Translations under genes and position numbers: made by a program
From: the human T2T-CHM13v2.0 reference genome, Homo sapiens
Direction: 5' to 3' (one strand)
DNA length: 64,000 bases
Assembly (NCBI RefSeq): GCF_009914755.1
Contig: NC_060942.1
Shown: in pieces, positions 38,521 to 52,620 of the stretch
Position numbering within the stretch: the stretch's first letter is position 1
How the letters are laid out: each line of letters starts with the position of its first letter
Notes under the pieces: model-generated
Told to the model about the DNA's origin: nothing
Seen by the model: only the letters and a program-made list of their open reading frames with translations
Databases searched by the model: none

Positions 38521-41264
38521 GTTTCAAAATTTTAGATTTCTTACTCTCTGTGCATGTTTTCAATTCATTCTCTTAGTTCTTTAAACATCCAGCAAACTCA
38601 TTTTCTGTATCTGATCATTCTAGTATCTGAAAAGGTTTTATATCTGCTTCTGCTGTCTGTTGTTTCTGCTGGCTTGCATTTACCTTGGTTTGTTTCCTTG
38701 TTATTTTGTAATTTTTGACTGTGTATTCATATTCTTTAGAATATGAATTTAAGATTTCCATTTATTTTGCTAAATGCCTGGGGCACCAACCATCCCTGGA
38801 CTACTTTAATCTACCCTTGCCTTAAGGTTTTAGAAGTCACAAGATATTGTAAATTTTGGTAACAAATACATATGACGGTAAGCTTATAATTCTGAATTCT
38901 CAAGAAAGATTAATTTTTCCTCTATTCAGCTCCAAGATTCAAGATGGGCAGTTTCCTTGTAGTTTCCCCTCCTGCATCAACCCATGTGCAGATTTATTTT
39001 CACTTCATTGTTACCCTCAGGACATTGCCTTTTAACAATCAGCTTTACGCATGAGACCTTTAATTAGATACTCCATGGGTGGTGGGTCCTGGATTTTGTA
39101 AAAATGTCCCCATCCCCACAAGGCTTTGAAAACCAAGCTCAAATTCACTGGGTTTCAGTAAGTACACTCATGTTGAAAGGGTGATTTGGTGCTTTATTTA
39201 CTTCTATAAGTTAAAGCTTTAACTTAGCTTTTGGTATCTGAGTATCTTGCTAGCCCATAGATGCATTTGAAAATAATTTTTAAATACTTTCAGAGGCAGA
39301 GTCAGTATGATATCAAGACCACTGTGTTGCCAGAAATGGAAAGGTACTTTTCATTTTCACAGGTTCCTAATGAAGTGTGAATTAATTTGACAATGTCCAA
39401 CCATATGTCCAGTAAAATAATTTTTGGACCTCATCTCATGTCTATCCCTAAACAGAGTGACTATTAAAATAATTTGACGGGCTTATTTTTTCCCAGTAAC
39501 TTTTATGTGGTTTGATCTTGAGCAGCTTTAAATCTAGGAGATGTGAAAGGTAAGAGGGAGGTTGGTGTCCTTTCTTGTCATCTTGAGTAAACTTTTCAGT
39601 AAGACATATGTTCTACTCCTCAACCTTGTCTCATGTTCATCCCCAGACAGAGGGAATATTAAAATATTTTCAGACATCCCCAATGTGGATGAAATGACAT
39701 TGAGTCACTCTGCTTTGCTAAAGCTGAATTTTTATAGTAAAGTACAAAAATTATTAGCCTAAACTTCCATAGATAGCTTCTTAGGAAAGCTGACCATCCA
39801 AGTCGTCTTCATAAAGCCCTTCTAGGTTATAGAGTCATGAGGGTTTAGAGCTGGTGGTCATTACTCCAATATTTCATTCAATAGCTAAGGAAGTGAGGTC
39901 CAAAAACCTCAGCTGCAGCTAAGCCTGAATCTTGTACATTGCCTAGCTCATGGGAAGCAACTAGGTTTAATTGAAGTGGCCTGAACCCCAATCCAGTTCT
40001 CTTTTCACCCAGCCCCACCACTAACAGCACCATTCACACAACCCAAGTCTCGTCCTCTGAAGTGATCTCGGGTTTTGTAGTGCGAACATCCACCCAGAGG
40101 AACTTTTTCCATTGCCTAATAAGGCACACAAAAGTATTGTTAATTTATGATATAAAGTAAATTTCAGCTTTTATTTTAGGTCACCTCTTTGATTTGGCCA
40201 CTCATAATTTTTATGTGCCATTTGTGCACTCTATGGCCCATTGGGAGCCTGTTGTATAATGTGCGCAGTACATTTATGCCTAATTTATAGGCATTATTAC
40301 TTTAGTTAAATGAAGAGGTTAATCGTTTTGTATATTTGATTTTATGACACATATTTCACATAGCCATATTTATTTGATATTGCATTCTAGATCAGAAATG
40401 CAACCCCAGTTATCACACAGTTCCCATGGGAAAATATAGCTTGCTTTATGGCAGTTGCTTGATGACAACAATTTCTAGAAATGAATTATGGTCTACATAT
40501 AACTTGTAGCATCAAATTTATGGGTAATGGGATTAAAATGTGTGGCTTGTGTGTTATAATTTGAGGGCCAATGTCAACAGCAGCAGAATTTTGACAATTT
40601 CCCTGGGGGGGGGAATAAAACAAGATTTTATGATAACTTGGTGGAGGAGAGGGGATTAGAAATAAAATATTTAAAGAAAGATTATGCATTAATTAATGTG
40701 ATATACAATGAGCTCATCCCACTAGTCAATAATGCTGAATTTGCTATTTTATAGCAGGCTGTCTGTCTGTTGGGGCCTAGTAATATTGGTAATATATTTT
40801 TCATGATGGGACTGGAAAATTTTGTTTACTTACATGATTTGCAATGCTACTTTAGAAAAATAACAATAATGACTCAGATGTTTTAAAACAGAGATCTGTT
40901 TTAAAACAGAAAGCACATTACAGATTTAAAATGTTGGAAAATATAAAACAAATTATGAAAGAAACTATATACAAAATTAACTCAAGATGGACTAAAGACT
41001 TAACTGTAAAACCCAAAACTATAAAACTCTGGAAGACAACCTAGGCAATACCATTCTGGACATAGGAACAGGCAGAGATTTCATGATGAAGATGGAAAAA
41101 GCAATTGCAACAAAGCAAAAATTGACAAATGAGATCTAATTAAAGAGCTTCTGCACAACAAAGGAAACTACCAATGGAGTGAGTAGACAACCTACAGAAT
41201 GGGAAAAAATTTGCAAACTATGCATCTGACAAAGGTCTAATATCCAGCATCTGTAAGAAACTTA

Positions 41265-41662
<398 letters not shown>

Positions 41663-42291
41663 TCATATGAAAAAAAGCTCAACATCACTGATCATTACAA
41701 AAATGCAAACCAAAACCACAATGAGATACTATCTCACACCAGTCAGAATGGCTATTAATAAAAAGTCAAAAAATAACAGATGCTGGCAAGATTGCAGAGA
41801 AAAAGGAACGCTTATACACTATTTGTGGGAGTGTAAATTAATTCAGCCATTGTAGAAGACAGTGTGGTGATTCCTCAAATACCTAAAAACAGAAATGCCA
41901 TTCAACTCAGCAATTCCATTAGTGGGTAGATATCCAAAGGAATATATATTGTACTATTATAAAGACACATGAATGCATATGTTTGCTGCAGCACCATTCA
42001 CAATAGCAAAGACATGGAATCAACCTAAATGCCCATCAATGATAGACTGGATAAAGAAAGTATGGTACATATACATCATGGAATACTATGCAGCCATGAA
42101 AAAGAACAAGATCATGTCCTTTGCAGGAACATGGATGGAGCTGGAGGCCATTATCCTTAGCAAACTAACACAGGGACAGAAAACCAAATACTGCATGTTT
42201 CCACTTATAAGTGGAAGCTAAATGATGAAAACACATAGACACATTAAGGGGAATAACACACACTGGGGCCTATTGGAGAGTAGAAGATGGA

Positions 42292-42884
42292 TGTGATGGT
42301 GAATACTGAGTTTCAACTTGATTGGATTGAAGAATGCAAAGTATTGTTCCTGCACGTGTCTGTGAGGGTGTTGCCAAAGGAGATGAACATTTGGGTCAGT
42401 GGACTGGGAAAGGCAGACTCACCCTCAATCTGGATGGGCACAATCTAATCAGCTGCCAGCATGGCCAGAATAAATGCAGACTGAAGAACGTGGGAAGACT
42501 AGACTGGTTAAGTCTTCTGGCCTCCGTCTTTCTCCTGTGCTGGATGCTTCCTGCCCTCAAACATCAGACTCCAAGTTCTTTAGCTTTTGGACTCTTGGAC
42601 TTACATCAGTGGTTTTTCAGGGGCCCTTCAGCTTAGCCTTTGGCCATAGACTGAAGGCTGCACTATTGGCTTCCTTACTTTTGAGGTTTGGAGATTCAAA
42701 GTGGCTTCCTGGCTCCTCAGCTGGCAGACGTCCAATTATGGGACTTCACCTTGTGTTCGTGTGAGTCAATTCTCCTAATAAACTCATATATATATATTAG
42801 GATATTAGGATAATGGGATATATATATATATATCCTATTAGTTCTGTCCCAATAGAGAACTCATAGAGTACTCTGACTAATACA
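42292..42884 (+). mobile_element. MLT2A1/A2 (HERV-L) solo LTR inside L1 3'UTR
   Basis: tgtgatggtgaatactgagtttcaacttgattggattgaag...(TA)n...ctgactaataca. Confidence 0.9.
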
Positions 42885-44779
42885 GTCAGAGAAGGAAACA
42901 GACCAGGAATAATAACTAATGAGTATTAGGCTTAATACCTGGGTGGTGAAATAATGTGAACAACAAACCCCCATGACACAAGTTTACTTATATAATTCAT
43001 ATAACAAACCTGCACATGTACCCCTGAGCTTAAAATAAAAGTTAAATTTTTAAAAATGAAATTAAGGAGAACCATCATTAGTTCAAAGGAATTAAGTCAA
43101 ATGTTGACTTAGCATTAAATACTTCCAGAAGTTTGTATTTGATTCTGTCTTTTGTTGTATCCACAATGGTGACTTCTGTCACCATTTAATGTTAACAAAC
43201 CATTGAACAAACCTAGTGACCTGTTGTGGTAAAGCCAAGTTTGTTCTTTCACTGCAAACTCCTTCACATGCAGCGCCTCCAAGAATAAGTGGTTATGGAG
43301 GAGCTATGTTCCATGAGAAATGACTTGGCTTCAAACAGTGATCAGCTTAATCTGGTAACATTGGCAACTGGTATTCACCTCAAGATGGATGACTAAAACC
43401 CATTCTGATTATATAATAATCACTTAATCTGATTATCACCACTCACCACATTCTGGAAACAAGTCCCATGAGACTTTCTAATTTAAACCCATTGGTAGCT
43501 AACTTAACATTATTAATAGAGTGGCCATGTAATTCACCTGCCTCCTTGAGACCATGAGCTTCCCAGTGATGGAGGTATTCAAGAAGGAGCTGGAGGATCT
43601 CTAGGGACACTTTGAAGACGGTGCTTCCCATTCCCTGAAGGAAGATGTACATGACAATGAGCTAGAGTCAGAGACGCTCAAATGTCTGGAGAACATAGAG
43701 CACGAAAAGCAATCAGAGTTAACTACCACTTCAAGTTGAAGCAAATTCTGCCTGAGAGTTCTGATATTATCAGCAAAACCTGAGGGAATCCATGTGGTAT
43801 AAGGAGAAAAATATTTGTCCAAAAGTCTGAAGTTCTGAGTTCAAGTCCTAGCTCTGTCACTAAATAATTGTATGACTTAAGCAAGTTTCTTCACTTTTCT
43901 GGGCTGACATGAGATTCAATCTTCTTTCCACCCTCATCAGTTTGCCTATTCCTGTTTGGACTAAACTAACCTATTTCCCATTTCTCAAGGGACTATTTAT
44001 GCACATCAAGGGTCATCTCTCTCAGCTGTTCTAGGTATGGCAGAGAACGCAGGGATGGTATCAAGAGTGATGGGACGTGCCCTCAAGGACTTTATAACCT
44101 CACTGTAGATCAGATGGTTCTTATCCATAGGAAAGGAAGAACTTACCTGTATGGTGCTACATGTGACAGATGACCAGAGAGGAGAATGTGGGAATGTGGT
44201 TCGATGGCTGGGGACAACTCCATCAAAGCACAGAAGAAACAGGGCTTGATTGACACTTTAGTTGGGCCATCTAGGATGGGCAGGGGTTTTGGGGTGCTGG
44301 GAACACAGGGCAGGTTATTTCAATGTAGGAAAACAGCAGGAGTGGAGTCAGGGAGATAAGGACGAGGAGGGCTTCTGGAGGGATCAGTGATTCACTTGTG
44401 TGGAGAGAAATGTGAACGTTGGCATGTAAGACTGACTGAAAATATATAAGTTAGCAATTAATGTGATGATGAGGATGTTGAAAATAACCCAGAGTTCATT
44501 CTTGTTGTGGGAAGTAGGCAGTAGGCAGGTATTCTTAGGAATGCTTGAGTAGGTGGTGGGTATGCTGAGCCCTGTTTGGGGCAACTTAGACAGGTATCTC
44601 TTTGTAAACTGGAGTTCCTTATAGATGGGGAGGGGAATCATAAGAAAAAAACAGAATCAGGACAGACGTGAGGAGGGAAGAAAGGGAAGGGAAGGAGAGA
44701 AGGAGAAAGCCTCTTTGCAAACACCTAGGCATTTCAGGAAGTGAGGCTAACAGAGCAGGAGAGTTGTCAGGCTGAGCCT

Positions 44780-45630
44780 GAATATGAGAAACATCTTTTA
44801 CAGAAAAAAAGAGGTGCTTCCCCTGGTCCAGGCCTCTGGATTCCAGCATCTCCTGCCTTCTCAGGGATGTCATTCCATTTATCATTCCATCTCTTTCTCT
44901 CTCCCCTAGACCTTCGAGACCCCCTTTTCTCCTGGTTTTCTCCCATGTACACATAAATGTGCTTAAGCCTTACCCACCTTAAAGAAAAACAAAATTCCAT
45001 GTTCACTTCCAGCTACTGCTCTCTCACTCTCTCTCTCACCCCTTTCCAGCCAATTTTCTTCAAATAATTTTCTATACTTTGTATAATCTAATTTTTCATT
45101 CCCCAACTGCTACCTTCAGACTCACATCCTTTCCACTCTACCAAGCACCTTATTCTCCTAAAATTAAACAGATGCTTTTTAGTCCGTATCTGGCTGGACA
45201 GCTGAGCAACAGTTTATCCTGGTAATCACCAGCTCCTTCTTCAAACAGCTCATAGTTTCTGTCCCTCTCCTGTCACAACAGACTCCCTATTTGTCTCTCA
45301 CCTCTTGTTCTCATGCCCCTTACCCACCCCCCCGCCGCCGTGGTCCCATCCTGCAGGCTCCCCTTGGCGCTCATCCTCCTTGCATAAGTGCTGGTGGCCA
45401 CCCCAACCCCCAGCTCCATCCCAGCTTCAATTTCATTCTCACTCTGCACACCCTTTGGCCCAGTTACCACCATAAGCTGATGATGCCTAAGTCAACATCT
45501 ACAGGACAGACCTCACTTCAGAACTTCAGACCCACAGAGCCCCTGAACTTCCAGACGGCTCCACTTGAATGCCCCATAATACATTTCAAACTTAACCTGT
45601 TCAGACTTGAATTCATTGTAGCCCCTCCCC
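44780..45630 (+). mobile_element. L2 internal fragment
   Basis: gctgatgatgcc...ctccacttgaatg...catttcaaacttaacctgttca. Confidence 0.6.
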
Positions 45631-45637
45631 ACTTGTG

Positions 45638-45669
45638 AATATATATATACACACATATATATATACACC

Positions 45670-45715
<46 letters not shown>

Positions 45716-45764
45716 ATATATATACACACATATAATAGTATACACACACACACACACACACACA
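45638..45764. repeat. compound (TA)n/(CA)n microsatellite
   Basis: About 20 uninterrupted TA units near 45673-45713, plus CA runs. Confidence 0.95.
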
Positions 45765-46750
45765 AGTTTTCCTTCAGGGTTCCTGGCTTCTAACTCTCAT
45801 CACCCTTGTTATTTCCTAAGTAACCAAAACAATAAATAAGCATATCTTTTGTTCAAGTATTTGGCCTTTCATCCTTGGTTCCAAAGCAACTTCAGAACGA
45901 TAAAGGTGAAAGACAGTCTTTTACCATAATGTTGGGGTGCTTTAGGCCTCAGAAGCAGGCCTTGAAAAGCCGACTCTCTTTCTCTCCCTGATTTTTTTCC
46001 TGCCCTCCTTTCACCTGCCTTTTTATTCCTCCCCAAGGCAGGCCATAGAATCTAAAAATACGCTCTAATCTTCCCCTGCGGTTTTATCTTGGAATTGGTC
46101 ATAAATTCTCTGACCTACCTGGTCTGAGTGTAGGTCATGAGACCCTCATTTCAAAAGAGGTCCTGCCCCATCCCCTGGAGGAGGAACACTGCACAAAGAG
46201 GCCAAGAAGAATCTGAGCAGGCCTTGCTGGGTTTCCCTGACACTGTCCATTAGTATTAGCTCCTACCCTCTCCGTCCAATAACAGTTGTTCCATCTTCAA
46301 TCATGCCTATCCAGTGAAATCTCCATAAAAGGCCCAAGTGGACGGGTTACATAGAGAGAGCATCTGGACCGCTGAACATCTGGAGGTTCCCAGAAGGTGG
46401 TATCCCCAGAGGGCATGGAAGCTCTTAGTCCCTTCGCCATACCTTGCCCTATGTGCCTCTCCATGTGTGTTCTCTGTAACATCCTTTATAATAAGCCAGT
46501 AACTGTGTTTCCCTGTGTTCTGTGAGTTGCTCTGGCAAATTAATCAACCCCAAAAAGGAGATTTTAGGAATCTCGATTTACAGTTGGTTGGTAAGAAGCA
46601 CCTGGGATTTGTGATAGGCATTGGAAGTTGGGGGCAGTCTCGTGGGACTGAGCCCTCAACTTGTGGGATTTGACACTATCTGCAGATAGACAGTGTCGGA
46701 ATTGAATTGGAGGACACCCATCTGGTATTCCCTGCAGAGCTGATTGCTTG

Positions 46751-47799
<1,049 letters not shown>

Positions 47800-48734
47800 A
47801 ATTGATTGCTTGCTTGGTGTGTTGGGAAACTCCCCCTCCCCACACTTTGGCATGAGAGCAGAGGAAAAACTGTTTTTTCAATACACCTCCACACGCATAC
47901 CAACTCCTCCTCCAACATGCCATCTGTTGAAATGGCAAATATACCTTAAATTACCCAAACCAGAAAGTTCACCTCATCTTTTACTTCACCCCCTCTCTCG
48001 TGCCCACTTCCCGTCAGTTATAATCACATTGATTATACCTCTCCTGAGGCATTAAAGAATCCTCAGGTAGGCCAGTGCCCCTGGGAAGAAAATGTATAAG
48101 CTCTGCCTATCTGGTAGGCCATTGATAAGCTGAATTGTATGTAAAAAGCAAATGTTTTAATGGTGGTCAGGTCTGTGTTTTAAGAAACAGGACTTGAATA
48201 TTCAAAAGAGTTGACATGTATTGGTAATAAAGAAATGTTTAGAGGTAATGTAGTAATCCTGCTGTTGTGTATGTTCTTGGAAGTCTGCTTTTGAAGCATT
48301 TGAATTGTGTTTGTTGTAAAAGTGTATGTTTAATATTGGTGAATGTGATAAGTTACTTCGAGAAGCCCCAGGAATAACATCTGCTGTTAGGCGATAAGGC
48401 ATCAGTTTTAATGCCCCAAAGCCCTGATAAAGTAGCAAAGAGCTGTTGGCTGATGCTTACCTGTGAGAGCTGGTTAAGGGAGTCCCCTGTTGCCTCCTGC
48501 AAAGCCTGTGAGAGGCTGATCCAAGTTTCCAGAGTCTCTTCGATGCTCAAACACTTGGGGCTCACCCAGAGGGAGTCTACACCCAAGGAGGGTGGCATCA
48601 TCCTATCTGCCAAGACCCTCCTTCCCAGCCTACCTGGGGCAAAGGAGGCATCTAGCAGGTGATGGAAGTACAATTCATGAAAGCAAAACCATGCCATTGG
48701 CTACTGAATTGTTTTTGCTGTGACTGGCATTCTT

Positions 48735-49033
<299 letters not shown>

Positions 49034-49056
49034 TGACTGGCATTCTTAAAAGGTAT

Positions 49057-49514
49057 TGTGGGCAGGTTGAGCTGTGTCCCTCAAAAACATGTTCAAGTCC
49101 TAATCCCTAAGTCCTGTAAATGTAACCTTACTTGGAGAGAGGGTCTTGCCGATATAATCAAATTAAGATGAGGTTATGCTGGAGTAGGGTAAGTCTAACC
49201 CAATGACGGGTGTCTTTATAAATTTGGACTAATTTATATACATTTTTATAGAAATTTAGACCCAGAGGCACACAGGAAAGGTGACCATGTGAAGACAGAG
49301 GCAGAGATTGGAGGAATACAGCTCCAATCCAAGGAATGTAAGGATTGTCAGAAGCTACCAGAAGCAAGAAGAGAAGTATGGGACAGATTCTTTCCTGGAA
49401 TCCTAGAGGGAGGCTTGATTTCAGACTTCTGGCCTCCAGAGCTGTGAGGCCACAAACTTCTATTGTTCTAAGCTCCCTAGTCTGTGGTTACAGCAGCCTT
49501 AGGAAAGAAATACA
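49057..49514 (+). mobile_element. MLT1C-like MaLR LTR
   Basis: ccatgtgaagacagaggcagagattggag...cagacttctggcctccagagctgtgag...aataca. Confidence 0.85.
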
Positions 49515-49739
49515 ATGGGGATTCCCTAGAAAGGACAGAATCAGAAGCCCAAAGGAAGACCCTGAAGCCTCAACCATGGATGAAATGGTAGCCTAACCAA
49601 TGCTCTGTATCTCACATAGCTCTCAGATCTACCCACTTCTCCAAACTAGGCCTCCATGCCATCTTGCCTGGATTCTGTAATGGTCTCCTAATGGTCTCCC
49701 TAACCCTGTCATAAGCCAAGGATAAGAAGAAACCTTAGC

Positions 49740-50010
49740 AGCAATAACAGTCACATTTATGGAGAACTATGTTCCTGACAGTGTCTAAAACAGTTTGCAC
49801 AGAGTTTAAGGCACAGGCAGAATCCTAACCCTCCTTTACCTTAATCTTCACAACAGCCCTGTGTGATGGGTTGTAGGATAAACCTCATTTGGGGGTGTGG
49901 TGTGGAGGGGGGTCTGCAGCCCAGACAAGTTGAGTCATTAGCCCAAGGCCACAGAGCTAGAACCTGAACCCAGTCAGACTAACTCTCACACTCCTCACTG
50001 ATACTGGATT
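49740..50010 (-). mobile_element. MIR
   Basis: taatcttcacaacagccctgtg...gcccaaggccacagagctag. Confidence 0.65.
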
Positions 50011-50965
50011 GCCTGGGAGGAAACCACATTTAAGGGCTTGAAGGAGCAAGAGGACCCCCTAAGAGAGGCAGAGTCCCCACCTTGAGACAATCCCTTTAAA
50101 CTGGGAAGAGACATCATCCTGTTTCTCAGTGGAGATGCTGAAGTCTGAGATTTGCCAATGTTGAGTCAGAACATGGACCAGAATTACCACTTTCCACGCT
50201 TTCTCTTTTGCTACCAAGCACTGCTCATTCCTTCCTCTTGCCTCCCCCAGGCTGGGCTGTGAGCAGCGCCTGAAGGATCTGGAGCAGTAGCAGCCAGATC
50301 TCCTGGGGTGACCCAAGGCTAGGGCTTTCCCCCATTATCAGTAACTTTCCTAAGAGTGCAGTGAGAGTTAATGTTTATAAAGTGCTCTGAGAGCCACTGA
50401 TAAAAGATGTTAAATGGCATGAATAGAACACATTCTGTGGGCCCCAAGCCTCACTCAGACTTGATGGATACGCGTCTCTCTTGTGAAGTACGTGGACTTT
50501 TTGCTTCAGATGAAATGAGCTCATTAGTTAGAATCCTGCCTGCAGTTTATCTTGAAGGATGCTCAGATATTACCATAATTAGGACCCTAAGCCAACCCTT
50601 AGGCTATCTCACTGTAAACATATGGGAACAGAGGACTGTCCCCTTGAACACACTGTGCACACAGTTGCTAAATTCAGGCCCATTGTCTTGCACAGACAGG
50701 CAGCAGAGGCTGTCACACAGTAAGGAGACCTCTGATTTCAACGGTGCTCCTTCTTAGAAGATTCCGTGTAAGCACAGTTGTGATTGATGATTTGCTGAGT
50801 AGTGCTTCCCTATTTTCAGACATTAGCACAATTCTAGGCCTGTAACACTTCTATCCATCATTTCCATTCAACATCCAATAGACATTTTAAAGCAAAATCA
50901 AACTCCTTTACCCATTTGCCATCAAGGGGCTACTCCATTAGCCAGAAAAGCTACAGTACCTTTAA

Positions 50966-51292
50966 GGCAATCCTTCACAAACCTAGCTGCATATTAGAAA
51001 CCTCTAGCGAGCATTAAAAAAATTCTGATGCACAGACCCCAGCCTCTGAAATTATGATTCATTTGGTTTGGAGTGGGAACCAGGAATCAGCATTTGCATG
51101 TGTGTATGTGTGTGTGTGTTGGCATCTTTTTTTTTTAATTAGTAGACTTCATTCTTTATAGCAGATTTAGATTTACAAAACAATTGAGCAAAGAGTACAG
51201 AGAGTTCCTATATACTCATACCAATATACCATATAGAATATTTTTTAAAAACACTGAGTGATTCCAATCAGGCAGGCAGGACTAAGAACTCA
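50966..51292. mobile_element. MER5-type element interrupted by a (TG)n and a short antisense L1MC/MD end
   Basis: gctgcatattagaa...tgattcatttggtttggagtggg...ggaatcagcattt; 51125-51220 gcagatttagatttacaaaa...gtacagagagttcc. Confidence 0.6.
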
Positions 51293-51819
51293 GTTTCAGT
51301 TCAATCATTGCCTACACAGCTGGAATCCAATAGCCTTTTAAAAAATATCTGATTAAACCACAGCCCAAATGCTTCTTTGTTTTCTCAATACTCTTTCTTA
51401 ATAGAGCAGCCCATGCTTGAGAACACGATTGGCATTCATTCAGACAAAAATGACTCTGCTTACCATTGTGGTTGGTGCCTTCAGATTGCATAATTAGTGG
51501 TCTTATCAATTATTACAGGTCTTGGAGAGGTCGCTTCCTTGTTAGATTAAAGGGAATGTAAATAGAGATAATACAAGTAGTGACAGTGTAGAGCTCTTTT
51601 GGAATGGTTGACGATTTGCAGAACTTAAGGAAAATTAACATGTTACTTCTAAAAAAGCATTATATGAATATTTTAACCCTAGTAATCATGCTGAAAAGAT
51701 AACTAAGCAGTGTGAAGACAGTGATCCATACATTTGATAAATAATAAAAAAAGTTTTAAAATGTTCTATAGTACCCTAAAGGAGCTACACACTTAACCAA
51801 GTCATTTGGGTCCATAATC

Positions 51820-51940
51820 ATGCATTTATTCATTAAACAAATACTTACTGAGCATCTACTTTGCTACAGATTCTAGGTTCTGTGGATAAGCAATGACTCA
51901 AACAGGCAAGAGGGCTGCTCTTATAAAACTTTTATTCTGA
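51820..51940 (-). mobile_element. L2 3' terminus
   Basis: catttattcattaaacaaatacttactgagcatctact. Confidence 0.7.
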
Positions 51941-52620
51941 TAACATATTAGAATATATATTTGTATCTATTTATCAAAATACTGTTAGAATTGTCTAACA
52001 GCAGTTGGGTATTTTTGGAAATGTAAATATTATCTAAATTGTAAATGTCATCAATACTGACATTGCCATGTCCTTTTATCATACCAACATCAAGATAGAT
52101 ACAAAAGAAACTCCAAAATTTACTATGAAATATTCTTATCTGTTGAATTTTTACTTTGGAAAAAGTTAGTATGCTTTAGTATTGGTGTGCTGTAACAATT
52201 GGATTAAGTATAAATCATAAATTATATAAAGTATAGAAAGGAAATAAATTCAAGTTCCTTTCTTAAGGTTAACAGCTTGTGGGTATCTTGGGTCTATTTA
52301 AGTTGATAGACACCTGTTTTAGAAACTTGCTGGGAGGAAATGGTATCTTTATTTAATGAAGGGTGGTGTTATCTATCAGTTAGCTTTTGCTGCATAACAA
52401 ATACCTCTTAAACGAAGAAAATAAACAACATTTTATTTAGCTTGAAATTCTGTGGGTCGGCAGGGATTTTCTTCTGGAATGGCTAAGCTAAATCTGTCCA
52501 GCACTCTCATGCACTATGGCCAACTGGTGAGATGGCCTCACTCAGATTATTGGCAATTGGCAGGCTGATTGGTCCAGGGTCCTCAACTGAGATGAATCAT
52601 CTCTGCTCCAGATGGCATCT

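Larger units (their letters stand above)
32070..39300 (-). mobile_element. fragmented ancient L1M(E/D) scaffold carrying nested younger insertions
   Basis: Recurrent T-rich antisense L1-like segments (e.g. gtatgttgattttgtatc, ttcttctagtttacc) between the insertions. Confidence 0.55.
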
